NCBI GenBank assembly: GCA_963664875.1
Contig: OY761611.1
Coordinates: 3,712,001 to 3,776,000 of the forward strand
Direction of reading: 5' to 3'
Length of the DNA stretch: 64,000 nt
Source of the DNA: Candidatus Kapaibacterium sp.
GTDB taxonomy: Bacteria; Bacteroidota; Ignavibacteria; Kapaibacteriales; UBA2268
Shown: positions 9,131-18,878 of the stretch, piece by piece
How the letters are laid out: the number at the start of each line of letters is the position of its first letter
Position numbering within the stretch: the first letter of the stretch is position 1
Position numbers and translations under genes: made by a program
The notes under the pieces: model-generated
Told to the model about the DNA's origin: nothing
Databases searched by the model: none
Seen by the model: only the letters and a program-made list of their open reading frames with translations

Positions 9131-11413
9131 ATGATTATCAGAAAAGAGGATGCTTTAGAGTATCACAGCAGAGGTCGTAAAGGTAAAATTGAAGTAACTA
9201 CTACTAAACCTTGTCTCACTCAGCGAGACCTTTCGCTGGCATACTCGCCCGGCGTCGCAGAACCGTGTAGAGAAATTGAAAAAGATGTCGAAAAGGTATT
9301 CGAATATACCGCTAAAGGCAATTTGGTTGCAGTAATTTCCAACGGCACAGCTGTGCTTGGACTCGGTGATATTGGTCCTGAAGCCGGCAAACCGGTTATG
9401 GAAGGTAAAGGCGTACTTTTTAAAACATTTGCAGACATTGATGTTTTTGACATTGAACTTGCGTCAAAAGACGTAGATGAAATCATTCGTACTGTAGAAA
9501 TTCTTGCTCCTACTTTTGGTGGCATCAATTTGGAAGATATCAAAGGCCCGGAATGTTTTTATATCGAAGAGGCTCTCAAAAAGAAACTTGATATACCTGT
9601 TTTTCATGATGATCAACATGGAACAGCTATAATCAGTGGAGCAGCGTTGCTTAACGCAGCAGAAATTATCGGCAAAAAGCTGGAAGACCTTAAAGTTGTA
9701 TATAATGGTGCAGGTGCTTCCGGTATAGCATGTGCCAAATTCCACATCAGCCTTGGAGTCAAACCTGAGAATGTCCTAATGTGCGATTCGACAGGTGTGA
9801 TTTATAAAGGCAGAACTAAAGGAATGAATGAGTTCAAAGAAGATTTTGCCGTAGAAACCGATAGAAGAACTCTTACAGACGCACTTGTAGGTGCTGATGT
9901 ATTTTGCGGATTGTCTCAGGGCAATGTAGTCAACAAAGAAATGGTTAAAGAGATGGCTCCTAATCCTATAATCTTTGCTATGGCAAACCCTGACCCGGAA
10001 ATTACTTATGAAGACGCAGTAGAAGCAAGACCTGATGTTATTATGGCTACAGGTCGCTCCGATTATCCTAATCAGGTTAATAACGTTCTTGGTTTCCCTT
10101 TTATCTTCCGCGGGGCATTAGATGTCCATGCTACTAAGATTAACGAAGAAATGAAACGTGCTGCTGCTTATGCTTTGGCAAAACTCGCAAAAGAAGAAGT
10201 ACCCGAATCCGTAAAAAAAGCCTACGGTGCAGAATCTATCGTTTTCGGCAAAGAGTACATCATTCCTAAACCGTTTGACCCGAGAGTGCTTACATGGGTA
10301 GCTCCGGCAGTTGCAAAAGCAGCAATGGAAACCGGAGTTGCAAGAAAAGAAATTACTGATTTCGAACAGTACGAATTTGACTTAAATGTCAGAATGGGAC
10401 GCTCTCATTCAATTATGACAAAAATATACAGGAAAGCAGGCCAACATCCTAAACGGGTTGTCTTCCCTGAAGGTAACGAACCTAAGATAATCAAAGCAGC
10501 ACAATTAAGCGTGGATTACAATATCGCAGAGCCTGTGTTGATTGGTAACGAAGAAGAAATTAGAGCAGTTGCAGAAGAGTTTGGCTATGATTTGAAAAAT
10601 ATTCATATCATTGATAATACAAGCTCCGAGCTTTTAGACGAATACACCGAAGAGTTTTACAAGCTTCGCCAGAGAAAAGGCATTACAAAAATCGAAGCAA
10701 AGAGAAGACTTACCAAAAACAGGAACTATTTTGGTGCTATGATGGTACATCAGGGGCACGCTTGCAGTATGATTTCAGGTTTGACTACACACTATCCGGA
10801 TACTGTGCGTCCGGCTCTTGAAATCATCGGAAAAGACCCGAAATACAACAAAGTATCAGGCTTGTATATAGTTTCTACTAAGAAAAACACGTATTTCTTA
10901 TCAGATACTACAATAAACTTAGAACCCGATGCCGAAACTTTAGCGGATATAGCATTGCAGGCTGCAGATTTTGTTACTAATTTTGATTTAGAACCTCAGG
11001 TAGCTATGCTTTCATATTCCAATTTTGGATCAGCAGAGGGCAAGTCTCCTGAAAAGATACGCAAAGCACTTCAAATCATAAGAGAAAAAGCTCCTAAGCT
11101 CATTATAGATGGAGAAATGCAGGCAGATACAGCAGTTGAGAAAAGTATCCTTACTAAAGATTTTCCTTTTAGTGTGCTGAAAGATGAAGCAAATACTTTG
11201 ATATTCCCTGATCTAAATTCCGGTAATATAGCCTACAAGTTGCTTGCACGAATAGGTGGTGCTAATGTAATAGGACCTGTATTGCAAGGCTTAGAAAAAT
11301 CAGTTCATATTTTACAACGTGGCTCTGATGTCAATCAGATTTTGGATATGGTAGCTATCGCAGTGGTAGATGCAAATCACAAAGGCGACAAATGTGTTGA
11401 TATTTTCAAATAG
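9131..11413 (+). CDS. maeB: NADP-dependent malic enzyme with C-terminal phosphotransacetylase-like domain
   Basis: [49 protein letters not shown]; C-terminal [19 protein letters not shown]. Confidence 0.96.
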   Translation: MIIRKEDALEYHSRGRKGKIEVTTTKPCLTQRDLSLAYSPGVAEPCREIEKDVEKVFEYTAKGNLVAVISNGTAVLGLGDIGPEAGKPVMEGKGVLFKTFADIDVFDIELASKDVDEIIRTVEILAPTFGGINLEDIKGPECFYIEEALKKKLDIPVFHDDQHGTAIISGAALLNAAEIIGKKLEDLKVVYNGAGASGIACAKFHISLGVKPENVLMCDSTGVIYKGRTKGMNEFKEDFAVETDRRTLTDALVGADVFCGLSQGNVVNKEMVKEMAPNPIIFAMANPDPEITYEDAVEARPDVIMATGRSDYPNQVNNVLGFPFIFRGALDVHATKINEEMKRAAAYALAKLAKEEVPESVKKAYGAESIVFGKEYIIPKPFDPRVLTWVAPAVAKAAMETGVARKEITDFEQYEFDLNVRMGRSHSIMTKIYRKAGQHPKRVVFPEGNEPKIIKAAQLSVDYNIAEPVLIGNEEEIRAVAEEFGYDLKNIHIIDNTSSELLDEYTEEFYKLRQRKGITKIEAKRRLTKNRNYFGAMMVHQGHACSMISGLTTHYPDTVRPALEIIGKDPKYNKVSGLYIVSTKKNTYFLSDTTINLEPDAETLADIALQAADFVTNFDLEPQVAMLSYSNFGSAEGKSPEKIRKALQIIREKAPKLIIDGEMQADTAVEKSILTKDFPFSVLKDEANTLIFPDLNSGNIAYKLLARIGGANVIGPVLQGLEKSVHILQRGSDVNQILDMVAIAVVDANHKGDKCVDIFK

Positions 11414-11425
11414 TCCAATAATTAA

Positions 11426-11455
11426 AGAGGCTAAGCAAATGCTTAGCCTCTATTT
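11426..11455. terminator. Bidirectional terminator between convergent genes
   Basis: AGAGGCTAAGC-aaat-GCTTAGCCTCT perfect stem. Confidence 0.75.
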
Positions 11456-11528
11456 AGTAAAATTTGATCAACCGGCAGAGAGAATTAAATGGATGATCCA
11501 ATCCTTTAAATCTCTAACTATATATAAA

Positions 11529-11816
11529 TTAGAATCTTCTATTGTTGTTTCCGCGGAAATTGTTAGGTCTTCTGCTTTCTCTTGGTCTAGCTTCGTTAAC
11601 AACTAATTTACGGCCGTTGTATTCAGCACCGTTAAGTTGGTCGATAGCGTTTTGTCCTGCTTCTTCTTCGATTTCAACAAAACCAAATCCTTTTAATCTT
11701 CCTGTTTCAAAATCTTTTACAAGTTTAACAGAAGTTACTTCGCCGAATTCAGCGAATAAATTGTTTACATCAGCCTCTTCAGTGCTGTAAGGTAAATTAC
11801 CTACGTAGATATTCAT
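11529..11816 (-). CDS. RRM RNA-binding protein
   Basis: IYVGNL (RNP2), KGFGFVE (RNP1), R/N-rich tail. Confidence 0.95.
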   Translation of the reverse strand: MNIYVGNLPYSTEEADVNNLFAEFGEVTSVKLVKDFETGRLKGFGFVEIEEEAGQNAIDQLNGAEYNGRKLVVNEARPRESRRPNNFRGNNNRRF

Positions 11817-12035
11817 ATTAGATCCTTAAATCGTGTAGCCATATAGGTCTCTGCCTACCTATTCCACTAACACTTATTGAAAAATAAAACAAATGCAACA
11901 CAATTTACAACAGTTTTGAATATAAACCTATTTTTATTTTGCATTTATAAAAAATATTTTTATCTGAGCCATCAAATGCGTGTGTTTATCCTGAAAAATT
12001 CGATTTGATAAGAATAAACCAATCCCCAAAAAAAC

Positions 12036-12072
12036 AAAAAGCATTCTCTTAAAAACTTTGAGAATGCTTTTG
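12036..12072 (-). terminator. Intrinsic terminator after ftsY
   Basis: AAAAGCATTCTC...GAGAATGCTTTT. Confidence 0.7.
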
Positions 12073-12125
12073 TATAAATCTTTATAGGGTAGGGTGGGTC
12101 GTATTAGTCTTCTTAAACACTAAAA

Positions 12126-13235
12126 CTATTCTCCCAAGTTACCCTTTATTTCATTCATTTCTTCTTCTATTTCTTTGTCAGTGCCAAAAAGTGCATCAAC
12201 AAAATCTTCCGGTTTGAAAACTTGCAAATCATCAATTTTTTCACCTACTCCGATGTATCTAACCGGGATTTGCATTTCTCTTGCAATCGGAATCACAACT
12301 CCGCCTTTGGCTGTGCCGTCTAATTTTGTAAGCACGATACCTGTAATCTCAGCGACATTCATAAATTCTTTTGCCTGCACTATCGCGTTTTGACCTGTGG
12401 TAGCGTCCAATACAAGATAAACTTCGTTTGGAGCGTCGCTTTTGACTTTTTTCATCACGTTGTATATCTTATTTAGCTCTTTCATCAGACCGCCTTTATT
12501 GTGCAATCTGCCTGCAGTATCTATGATAACAACATCTTTGTTCCTTGCCTGAGCGGCTTTCAACGTATCAAAAGCCACAGCTGCCGGATCAGCACCGTGT
12601 CCTTGCTGAACAATTTCCACTCCTGCTCTTTCGCTCCAAATTTCCAGCTGCTCATTTGCAGCAGCTCTGAAAGTATCTGCAGCACCGATAATTACTTCTT
12701 TGCCGGCATTTTTGTAGTTATATGCAAGCTTGCCAATGGTTGTAGTTTTGCCGACACCGTTGACTCCAATTACCAAAATGGTATAAGGTTTTTTTTCGGA
12801 GTCAATTTCATAAATAGAATCGTTGTGTGCAGAAGGAGATTCGACAAGAAGCTTTTTAATTTCTTCTTTTAAGATTTTATACAAATCTTCTGATTTGTCA
12901 AATCCTTCTTTTCTTACTCTTTGTCGCACAGACTCTATAATATCGTCAGTGGTAGAAGGGCCAATATCAGCAGAAAGCAATATTTCCTCGATTTCTTCAA
13001 GAAGATTTTCGTCAATTTTTCTGCCGATGCCAAGTACAGATTGTAATTTATCTTGGAATGAATTACGAGTTTTAGCAAGCCCGTCTTTAATTTTTGTAAA
13101 TCTAACAGCTTCGGTGGCTTGTTTGACAATACTCGCCGTTTTCTCGACAACCGATGAAACGCTTTCCGAGACGCTTTCTGTAACTGCCTCGACTTTTTTA
13201 GTAACTTTTTCTTTTAGTTTTTTGAAGAAACCCAT
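12126..13235 (-). CDS. ftsY: Signal recognition particle receptor FtsY
   Basis: GVNGVGKTTTIGKLA, DTFRAAA, DTAGR, TKLDGTAKGG. Confidence 0.97.
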   Translation of the reverse strand: MGFFKKLKEKVTKKVEAVTESVSESVSSVVEKTASIVKQATEAVRFTKIKDGLAKTRNSFQDKLQSVLGIGRKIDENLLEEIEEILLSADIGPSTTDDIIESVRQRVRKEGFDKSEDLYKILKEEIKKLLVESPSAHNDSIYEIDSEKKPYTILVIGVNGVGKTTTIGKLAYNYKNAGKEVIIGAADTFRAAANEQLEIWSERAGVEIVQQGHGADPAAVAFDTLKAAQARNKDVVIIDTAGRLHNKGGLMKELNKIYNVMKKVKSDAPNEVYLVLDATTGQNAIVQAKEFMNVAEITGIVLTKLDGTAKGGVVIPIAREMQIPVRYIGVGEKIDDLQVFKPEDFVDALFGTDKEIEEEMNEIKGNLGE

Positions 13236-13429
13236 TAGTCCGCCAATTATTAAAATCAAGCAAAATATTAAAGGCTACTTTTTGCCCTTTGCAAATATAA
13301 GGTATATATAGAGAAAAGAGAATTTATTTTTTGTAAACCTCGAAATATTAGAAACATAGCAAACAAAAAGGGCGCTCATGCTATTGCAGAACGCCCTTAC
13401 CTTGTGTATTAAATAATTTTCTTAAAAAA

Positions 13430-14554
13430 TTATTTCCAATCTATTAGTAGTGAGAATCTCATTGTGTTTGCCAATGGGTGATTTTCTTCTACAGTGTTGA
13501 TAAAACTAAAGTCCAATCTGAAGATGTCATATCTCACACCGGCACCAAAGTTATAAAATTTACGATTACCCAAAGCTTGTGGTTCTGTGAAGTATCCTGC
13601 TCTAAGAGCTAAAACATCTGCGTACCAGTATTCAGCACCAAAAGCAATCTCCGCACCCGGATTGTCCCAACCTGTTACTAAAGATTTAGGAAGCGGGTCA
13701 GATGTACCGCCTGCAAGTCTTTTAACTAAAAGCTTGGCAAAGTCAAAAGCAAATTTCAAATCATTAAATTCATCGTGGAAGACGTTTACAGCAGTTCCAA
13801 GTCGTAAAGTAGTCGGCAATGGATCTGATTCATTGATATAAGTCATTTTAGGGCCGACATTTTGAAGATTCATACCCAAAGACAATTTATCTTCGAGATT
13901 CAAGCCAAAAATTTCTAAATCAGTCGGCTTCCACAAAATACCAAGGTCAAAAGCAGCACTTATACCTGTACCTGCATCTTGCTGCTGAGCACTGGTAGGA
14001 GTAAGGTTTGACTGGATATATCTCAACTGAGCACCAACGCCCAAATCTTTTGCAATCATTGTACCGTAAGAAAAGCCAAGCGAAAATTCGTTAGAAATAA
14101 ATTTACCTAATTCATTACCGTTTTGGTCAGTTCTTGTGAATTCGCCCAGATTCATAAATATAAAATTCACACCAAAAGTGCCATCGATAGCTTCTGAGTG
14201 AAAAACACCTGTGGCATAGCTATAAAATAAATCTGCATTGAACTGTGGCAACCATGGAGAATAAGAAAGAGCAACCTGTTGGAATGGAGCTTTTTCGTCT
14301 TCATAGTAATCAAAATCTTCGGAGGTGTCGAAATAATCTAAGAAACCTAAACCGCCCGGATTCCAATAAATTGCGTTTGCGTCATCTGCTATTGCCGTAC
14401 CAACTTCTCCCATACCGCTGGAGCGTGCATCCGGTGAGATTCTCAAGAACGGAACAGTAGATCCGCCACCTTGAGCAAATGTATCAACACTAAATGCAAT
14501 AATGCTAAAAAGAACAACAGCGAGTATTTTATTCACTTTAAAGGATTTCATCAT
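13430..14554 (-). CDS. porV: Type IX secretion outer-membrane shuttle PorV
   Basis: VPFLRISPDARSSGMGE, YWNP, SYSPWL, LRAGYF.E, HPLANTMRFSL; directly downstream of porU. Confidence 0.92.
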   Translation of the reverse strand: MMKSFKVNKILAVVLFSIIAFSVDTFAQGGGSTVPFLRISPDARSSGMGEVGTAIADDANAIYWNPGGLGFLDYFDTSEDFDYYEDEKAPFQQVALSYSPWLPQFNADLFYSYATGVFHSEAIDGTFGVNFIFMNLGEFTRTDQNGNELGKFISNEFSLGFSYGTMIAKDLGVGAQLRYIQSNLTPTSAQQQDAGTGISAAFDLGILWKPTDLEIFGLNLEDKLSLGMNLQNVGPKMTYINESDPLPTTLRLGTAVNVFHDEFNDLKFAFDFAKLLVKRLAGGTSDPLPKSLVTGWDNPGAEIAFGAEYWYADVLALRAGYFTEPQALGNRKFYNFGAGVRYDIFRLDFSFINTVEENHPLANTMRFSLLIDWK

Positions 14555-14655
14555 TCCTCCGAAATATATCAGTTTTATTGTATTGTCTGCTTGTTATAAT
14601 ACAGTTTACACTCTGTTTTAAAAAAAGTTCTATACGGTTCAAAAAAAAGTTCAAA

Positions 14656-17600
14656 TTATTTCGCGATTATACATTTATAGCCTGATTCTATAGTCGGACT
14701 TAGTCCGATTCCATTCAGAGAAATGGTGTAAATGTATGTACCCGAAGGTAGTTCTGTTCCGTTTTGGTCTAAACCGTCCCAGAAAACACTTCCATAATAA
14801 GAATCTGTGATTTCTTCCTGCAATGTTCGTATTAGTTCGCCATGTATTGTAAAAATTCTGATTTCCACATCAAGCGGAGGCGTACCGTTATGTCTGAATC
14901 TGAAAGTAGTATTGTCAGAAACAGGATTAGGATAATTTATTACTTCTCCGATTTCATAGGAGTCGTTGTCTGAAATTTTAAAATATGTTTCGGCTATGCT
15001 GAAGTTATTATAAACATCCCAAGCTCTTACTTTGACAGAGTGTATGCCGGGGCGAAGCCCTGAAATTACATCTTGTGCACTACCTTTTTTCGAACTGCCA
15101 AGCGCACTTGTAAATTTGTCAGTAAGGTTTAGTGCATCGGGGTTATCGTCGAACCATGCCTCTATTCTGTGGCCAATTCCAAGTCCTGTTGTATTGATAC
15201 CGGTATCGTCTTCCATATCTACAATCAAAAGCGGATTGTTTTTGACTATTTCACCTTGTTCGAAATCTCTGGAGTCAAGGTATATACTTATTTTTGGTCC
15301 TTCGGTGTCAACAACTGAAGTAGGGCTTACTCCATCAACAATAAAGTTGTGATTTTCACCTTTGGCAAATTTCTTTTTGTCATTATCAAAAGCATAAGCG
15401 AATATCCTACCAACATTCTCTGAAAAACTAATGTCTTTTGGAATTATCATATCAATATGGAATTTTCCGTTTGCAATTTCAACAGAGCTTTTATTAAGTG
15501 CACCACCTAAAAGTGTGAAGTTGAAATTGGAACCCGAATCATCATCTTTGAAAGAAATCTTTTCATCACCGTCGCGTACTGTGATTACCGCGATACCTTC
15601 GAAATCTGTTGCAACAGTATTATCAGGATTAAGCACAGTAGCTGATATTCTTACATTGTCGAGTGCTTTTATTTTAATAGTGTCCGCTACGTCAGCAGGT
15701 TCACCATTGATAGAGTCTATTCTAACGTGGTAATCAGGCATTTTTAGTTTCAAAGCAGGGTCTGCCATTAGGAAAAACTTATTGGAGTTTTCGTCCTGTT
15801 TATAAGCTTTAGTGTTCCTGTAAGCCATGCCCAAGCTTGGGTAGCAGTTATTGTTAGGGTCTCTTATTTGTATTTGCTGATAGAAATATTGAGCTAATTC
15901 AGCATTAGAGCTGGCGTAAACTACTCTTGTAGCTGCAAATACTCCGATAGCACTTCCGCGAGGACTCAAAAACATATCCTCTGCTCCGCTGCTTACGTCG
16001 GGATTATCAAATCTTCCGTAATCGCAGGTTGCTGCTACAAGGAAAAATAGTTTATCTAAGTTTACCATTTGCGGGATAGTAGTTTCGCGAACCATTATAT
16101 TTTCGTGAGCCCACACTCTCGGATTGCCGTGACCAATCCAATTGACAAATAAGGCTCCTGAATTATTGATAGCAGTAAGCATATCCTGAGTAACCTGAGG
16201 TTTTCTTCTGCCACCCGGGATATTATCAACAGGGTATTGCACCATATATATCTTATCTACCTGAAAATCATCTTCTATGCAGTAATGATGCAAGGTTTCA
16301 GATTGTGAAACGTGAAAAGAGCCCTCTGCGATATTGTTTTCTTTAATCCCGTCATCGGCGATAATTAATACTTTAGAACGCCAATAATCTTCAGAAGAGT
16401 TGTTTTCGTAGTGTCTGATTTTTTTTACTATATTATAACCCTCTTCATTTGAATTGATAGGTGCTCTGCCTATTGCAATGTCAAGTGCTCTGTCTTCGCC
16501 GACAATGCAGCCATAGTAATCATCAAAAGCAAAAGAGTCTTCTTCGTCTATAGTGCCGATTGCATCATTTTGATCTTCGTATGGCGGAACAAAATTGGTT
16601 ATAGAAGTAGTTCGGTTCATATAATCATAGTGCCCGTCACCCCATAGGAATACATACTGAGGTTTATAATCTCTTTGATAGTAAACGTGAGCGACGTAGT
16701 CTCTGATAGCAGTTATATCTTTAGTGCCATAGGAAAACTCTTTGTAAATATCATCTAAAGTTACGATTTTAACTTTGAAATTATTACCGGTAAGATAGTT
16801 CTGAGTTGATTCTCTATAGCTTTTATATTCTTTTGCAGATGGCAGTAGTGCCGGATGAGTAATCAGAATCATATCTGCTTCGCTATTGTCATCTCTTATT
16901 CCTGCAATAGAAAAGCTTTCTAATTCGGTTGGTCTGAAATTTCCTGAAATATAAAATCTTCTTGGCGGATTGATAGACTGATCCGTTTTGAATCGATATA
17001 TTGAACCGGTTGAGGACAAATTTTTCAATAAAGCCGGATGAGATTTGTCTGTAACATCAAATCCGTAAACAGTGCCGCTAAAGCCATTAACAGAGTACTC
17101 TGCTACTTCCTTGACAGTTGGGTCGGTATGAAATCCTAAACTGTTTCCTGCTGCTTCGAAATATCTCGGATAATGTATTTCAAAATAGTCAAGATAAGGG
17201 GTAGCACTTGCAATATTCGGGTTAGAATACTCGAATCGAAGCGAGCTTCTGTTATCTGAGGCGATTTTAGAAGCGTCTATTGTAGCATATTCTCTGATTC
17301 TTCTACCTGCTACATAGTCGCCTGTACTTGGCGAAATTTGATACTCACCCAAACCGGTATTTGCTTCATAAACAGAATAAGTGCCGGTAGATTTTGATTC
17401 ATGTGCTAATAGGAATACATAGTTTACCTGTCCGTCTCGTTTCAAGCCAGGCAAATTTGTAATAAAAGGTGATTTGAAGTATGACCTGCCAAGCCATAAT
17501 CTACCTGAACCACGATAAAACGGATTTTTCAGTTCTTCTTCGAAAAATACTCTTTCAGTGAAAGAGGAAGGCATTACAGTCGCTTCTTCAGCAGGTGGTT

Positions 17601-18645
17601 CCAATTCTGTGGCTGGGCTGTTCGGCAATCCACCCCATGTGATATAATAATAAACATAATCCGAAAAATCGGATCTGTATCTGCTAAATCTGTTTTTAAT
17701 GTATTCAAATCCGGTAGTGCCGGCAGCATAAAACACAACTGAACTGAAATTGCCGTTACCATCTTTGTTTATGATAACTGGGATTTCGTTAAATTCGTTA
17801 TTGATGCCATCTTCTACAGATTCGCTCATCATTCTGCCGCCATTACCAAAAACTTTGATAGTATTGGCAAGTTCTGCATTGACAGGAATGCCTATATCCG
17901 AAAGCTGCTTTGCAGTAACGCTATATAAGCCTTCTTCTGTGATTTTGACTCTATACCATGAACCGGAACTCAAATCAGTAAGTGATTTTTTGCCTTCGAG
18001 CAATTTATCTCCGGAGCTGAGAGCCCAGTTTGCTGCTACATTATTATTCAAGACATAATTTACAGCATGAGAGTAATTGCTTTTGCCCTTTTGAGTAGTA
18101 GTTTCTGCAAATTTGATTTTTATTTTGACTTGGTCAGGGTAAACAATTTGACCGTTTTCAATATGGTAATTCGGTATAACAACATTAGCAATGTGATTGG
18201 TGGTTGCGATACCGGTGTATTTTATTACTACATCTTCAGAATAATTATCCAAGTAATTACTTCCGCGTTGATATACCTCAACCGACATCTCATCAATTTC
18301 TTTGAGAAAGGGTTGGGGTGAGGCAGTGCCTTCTATGATGTTTTTGCCGACTAAGCTTACATTTTCTAAAGTGAATCCTGTCTTGGATGGGATAGTTATT
18401 GGAAAGTATGCTTTGCCAATAGCCACAGCACCGGGATTTGAAAAGTCGAAATCCTGAGATTCGAAAACAGGGAGGACGTATTTTTCTCCGTCTTCTCCTT
18501 TGATTTCGGTAACTGATTTGAGCAAAGGTTTATATATAAATTCCAACTCAGTAGAATTTGATTTAAGTATCTCAATATTTCCGGCACTAAGTGCGCAACT
18601 GAAAGCAAAAAGTGCTACAATTGCTAACTGGAATATCTTTTTCAT
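14656..18645 (-). CDS. porU: Type IX secretion sortase PorU (C25 peptidase family)
   Basis: WYRVKI.EEG.Y, EFSYG..D..AIRD, WIGHGN and ATCDYG catalytic His/Cys, D.EGP.I..YL, GINTTG.GIGH, AWDVYNN, T9SS CTD. Confidence 0.93.
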   Translation of the reverse strand: MKKIFQLAIVALFAFSCALSAGNIEILKSNSTELEFIYKPLLKSVTEIKGEDGEKYVLPVFESQDFDFSNPGAVAIGKAYFPITIPSKTGFTLENVSLVGKNIIEGTASPQPFLKEIDEMSVEVYQRGSNYLDNYSEDVVIKYTGIATTNHIANVVIPNYHIENGQIVYPDQVKIKIKFAETTTQKGKSNYSHAVNYVLNNNVAANWALSSGDKLLEGKKSLTDLSSGSWYRVKITEEGLYSVTAKQLSDIGIPVNAELANTIKVFGNGGRMMSESVEDGINNEFNEIPVIINKDGNGNFSSVVFYAAGTTGFEYIKNRFSRYRSDFSDYVYYYITWGGLPNSPATELEPPAEEATVMPSSFTERVFFEEELKNPFYRGSGRLWLGRSYFKSPFITNLPGLKRDGQVNYVFLLAHESKSTGTYSVYEANTGLGEYQISPSTGDYVAGRRIREYATIDASKIASDNRSSLRFEYSNPNIASATPYLDYFEIHYPRYFEAAGNSLGFHTDPTVKEVAEYSVNGFSGTVYGFDVTDKSHPALLKNLSSTGSIYRFKTDQSINPPRRFYISGNFRPTELESFSIAGIRDDNSEADMILITHPALLPSAKEYKSYRESTQNYLTGNNFKVKIVTLDDIYKEFSYGTKDITAIRDYVAHVYYQRDYKPQYVFLWGDGHYDYMNRTTSITNFVPPYEDQNDAIGTIDEEDSFAFDDYYGCIVGEDRALDIAIGRAPINSNEEGYNIVKKIRHYENNSSEDYWRSKVLIIADDGIKENNIAEGSFHVSQSETLHHYCIEDDFQVDKIYMVQYPVDNIPGGRRKPQVTQDMLTAINNSGALFVNWIGHGNPRVWAHENIMVRETTIPQMVNLDKLFFLVAATCDYGRFDNPDVSSGAEDMFLSPRGSAIGVFAATRVVYASSNAELAQYFYQQIQIRDPNNNCYPSLGMAYRNTKAYKQDENSNKFFLMADPALKLKMPDYHVRIDSINGEPADVADTIKIKALDNVRISATVLNPDNTVATDFEGIAVITVRDGDEKISFKDDDSGSNFNFTLLGGALNKSSVEIANGKFHIDMIIPKDISFSENVGRIFAYAFDNDKKKFAKGENHNFIVDGVSPTSVVDTEGPKISIYLDSRDFEQGEIVKNNPLLIVDMEDDTGINTTGLGIGHRIEAWFDDNPDALNLTDKFTSALGSSKKGSAQDVISGLRPGIHSVKVRAWDVYNNFSIAETYFKISDNDSYEIGEVINYPNPVSDNTTFRFRHNGTPPLDVEIRIFTIHGELIRTLQEEITDSYYGSVFWDGLDQNGTELPSGTYIYTISLNGIGLSPTIESGYKCIIAK

Positions 18646-18878
18646 ATATTTGGTTCTCCTAAACTTTGTATATCTGTATAAACATACAAAATCGTAAAAG
18701 GTTACAGACTCTCTGAATATTCACGTAGTTTGCTACGAGATCTTATACAAAGACAAGATAAAAAAAGTTCACAATTTCTTTTATCTATTCTAGCATAATG
18801 GCTTGTAATTGCAGTTATTTCTGCAGCTAATATCTATAAATAGACTGCATATCAGCGAGTCTTAAAAGAGAAATACTT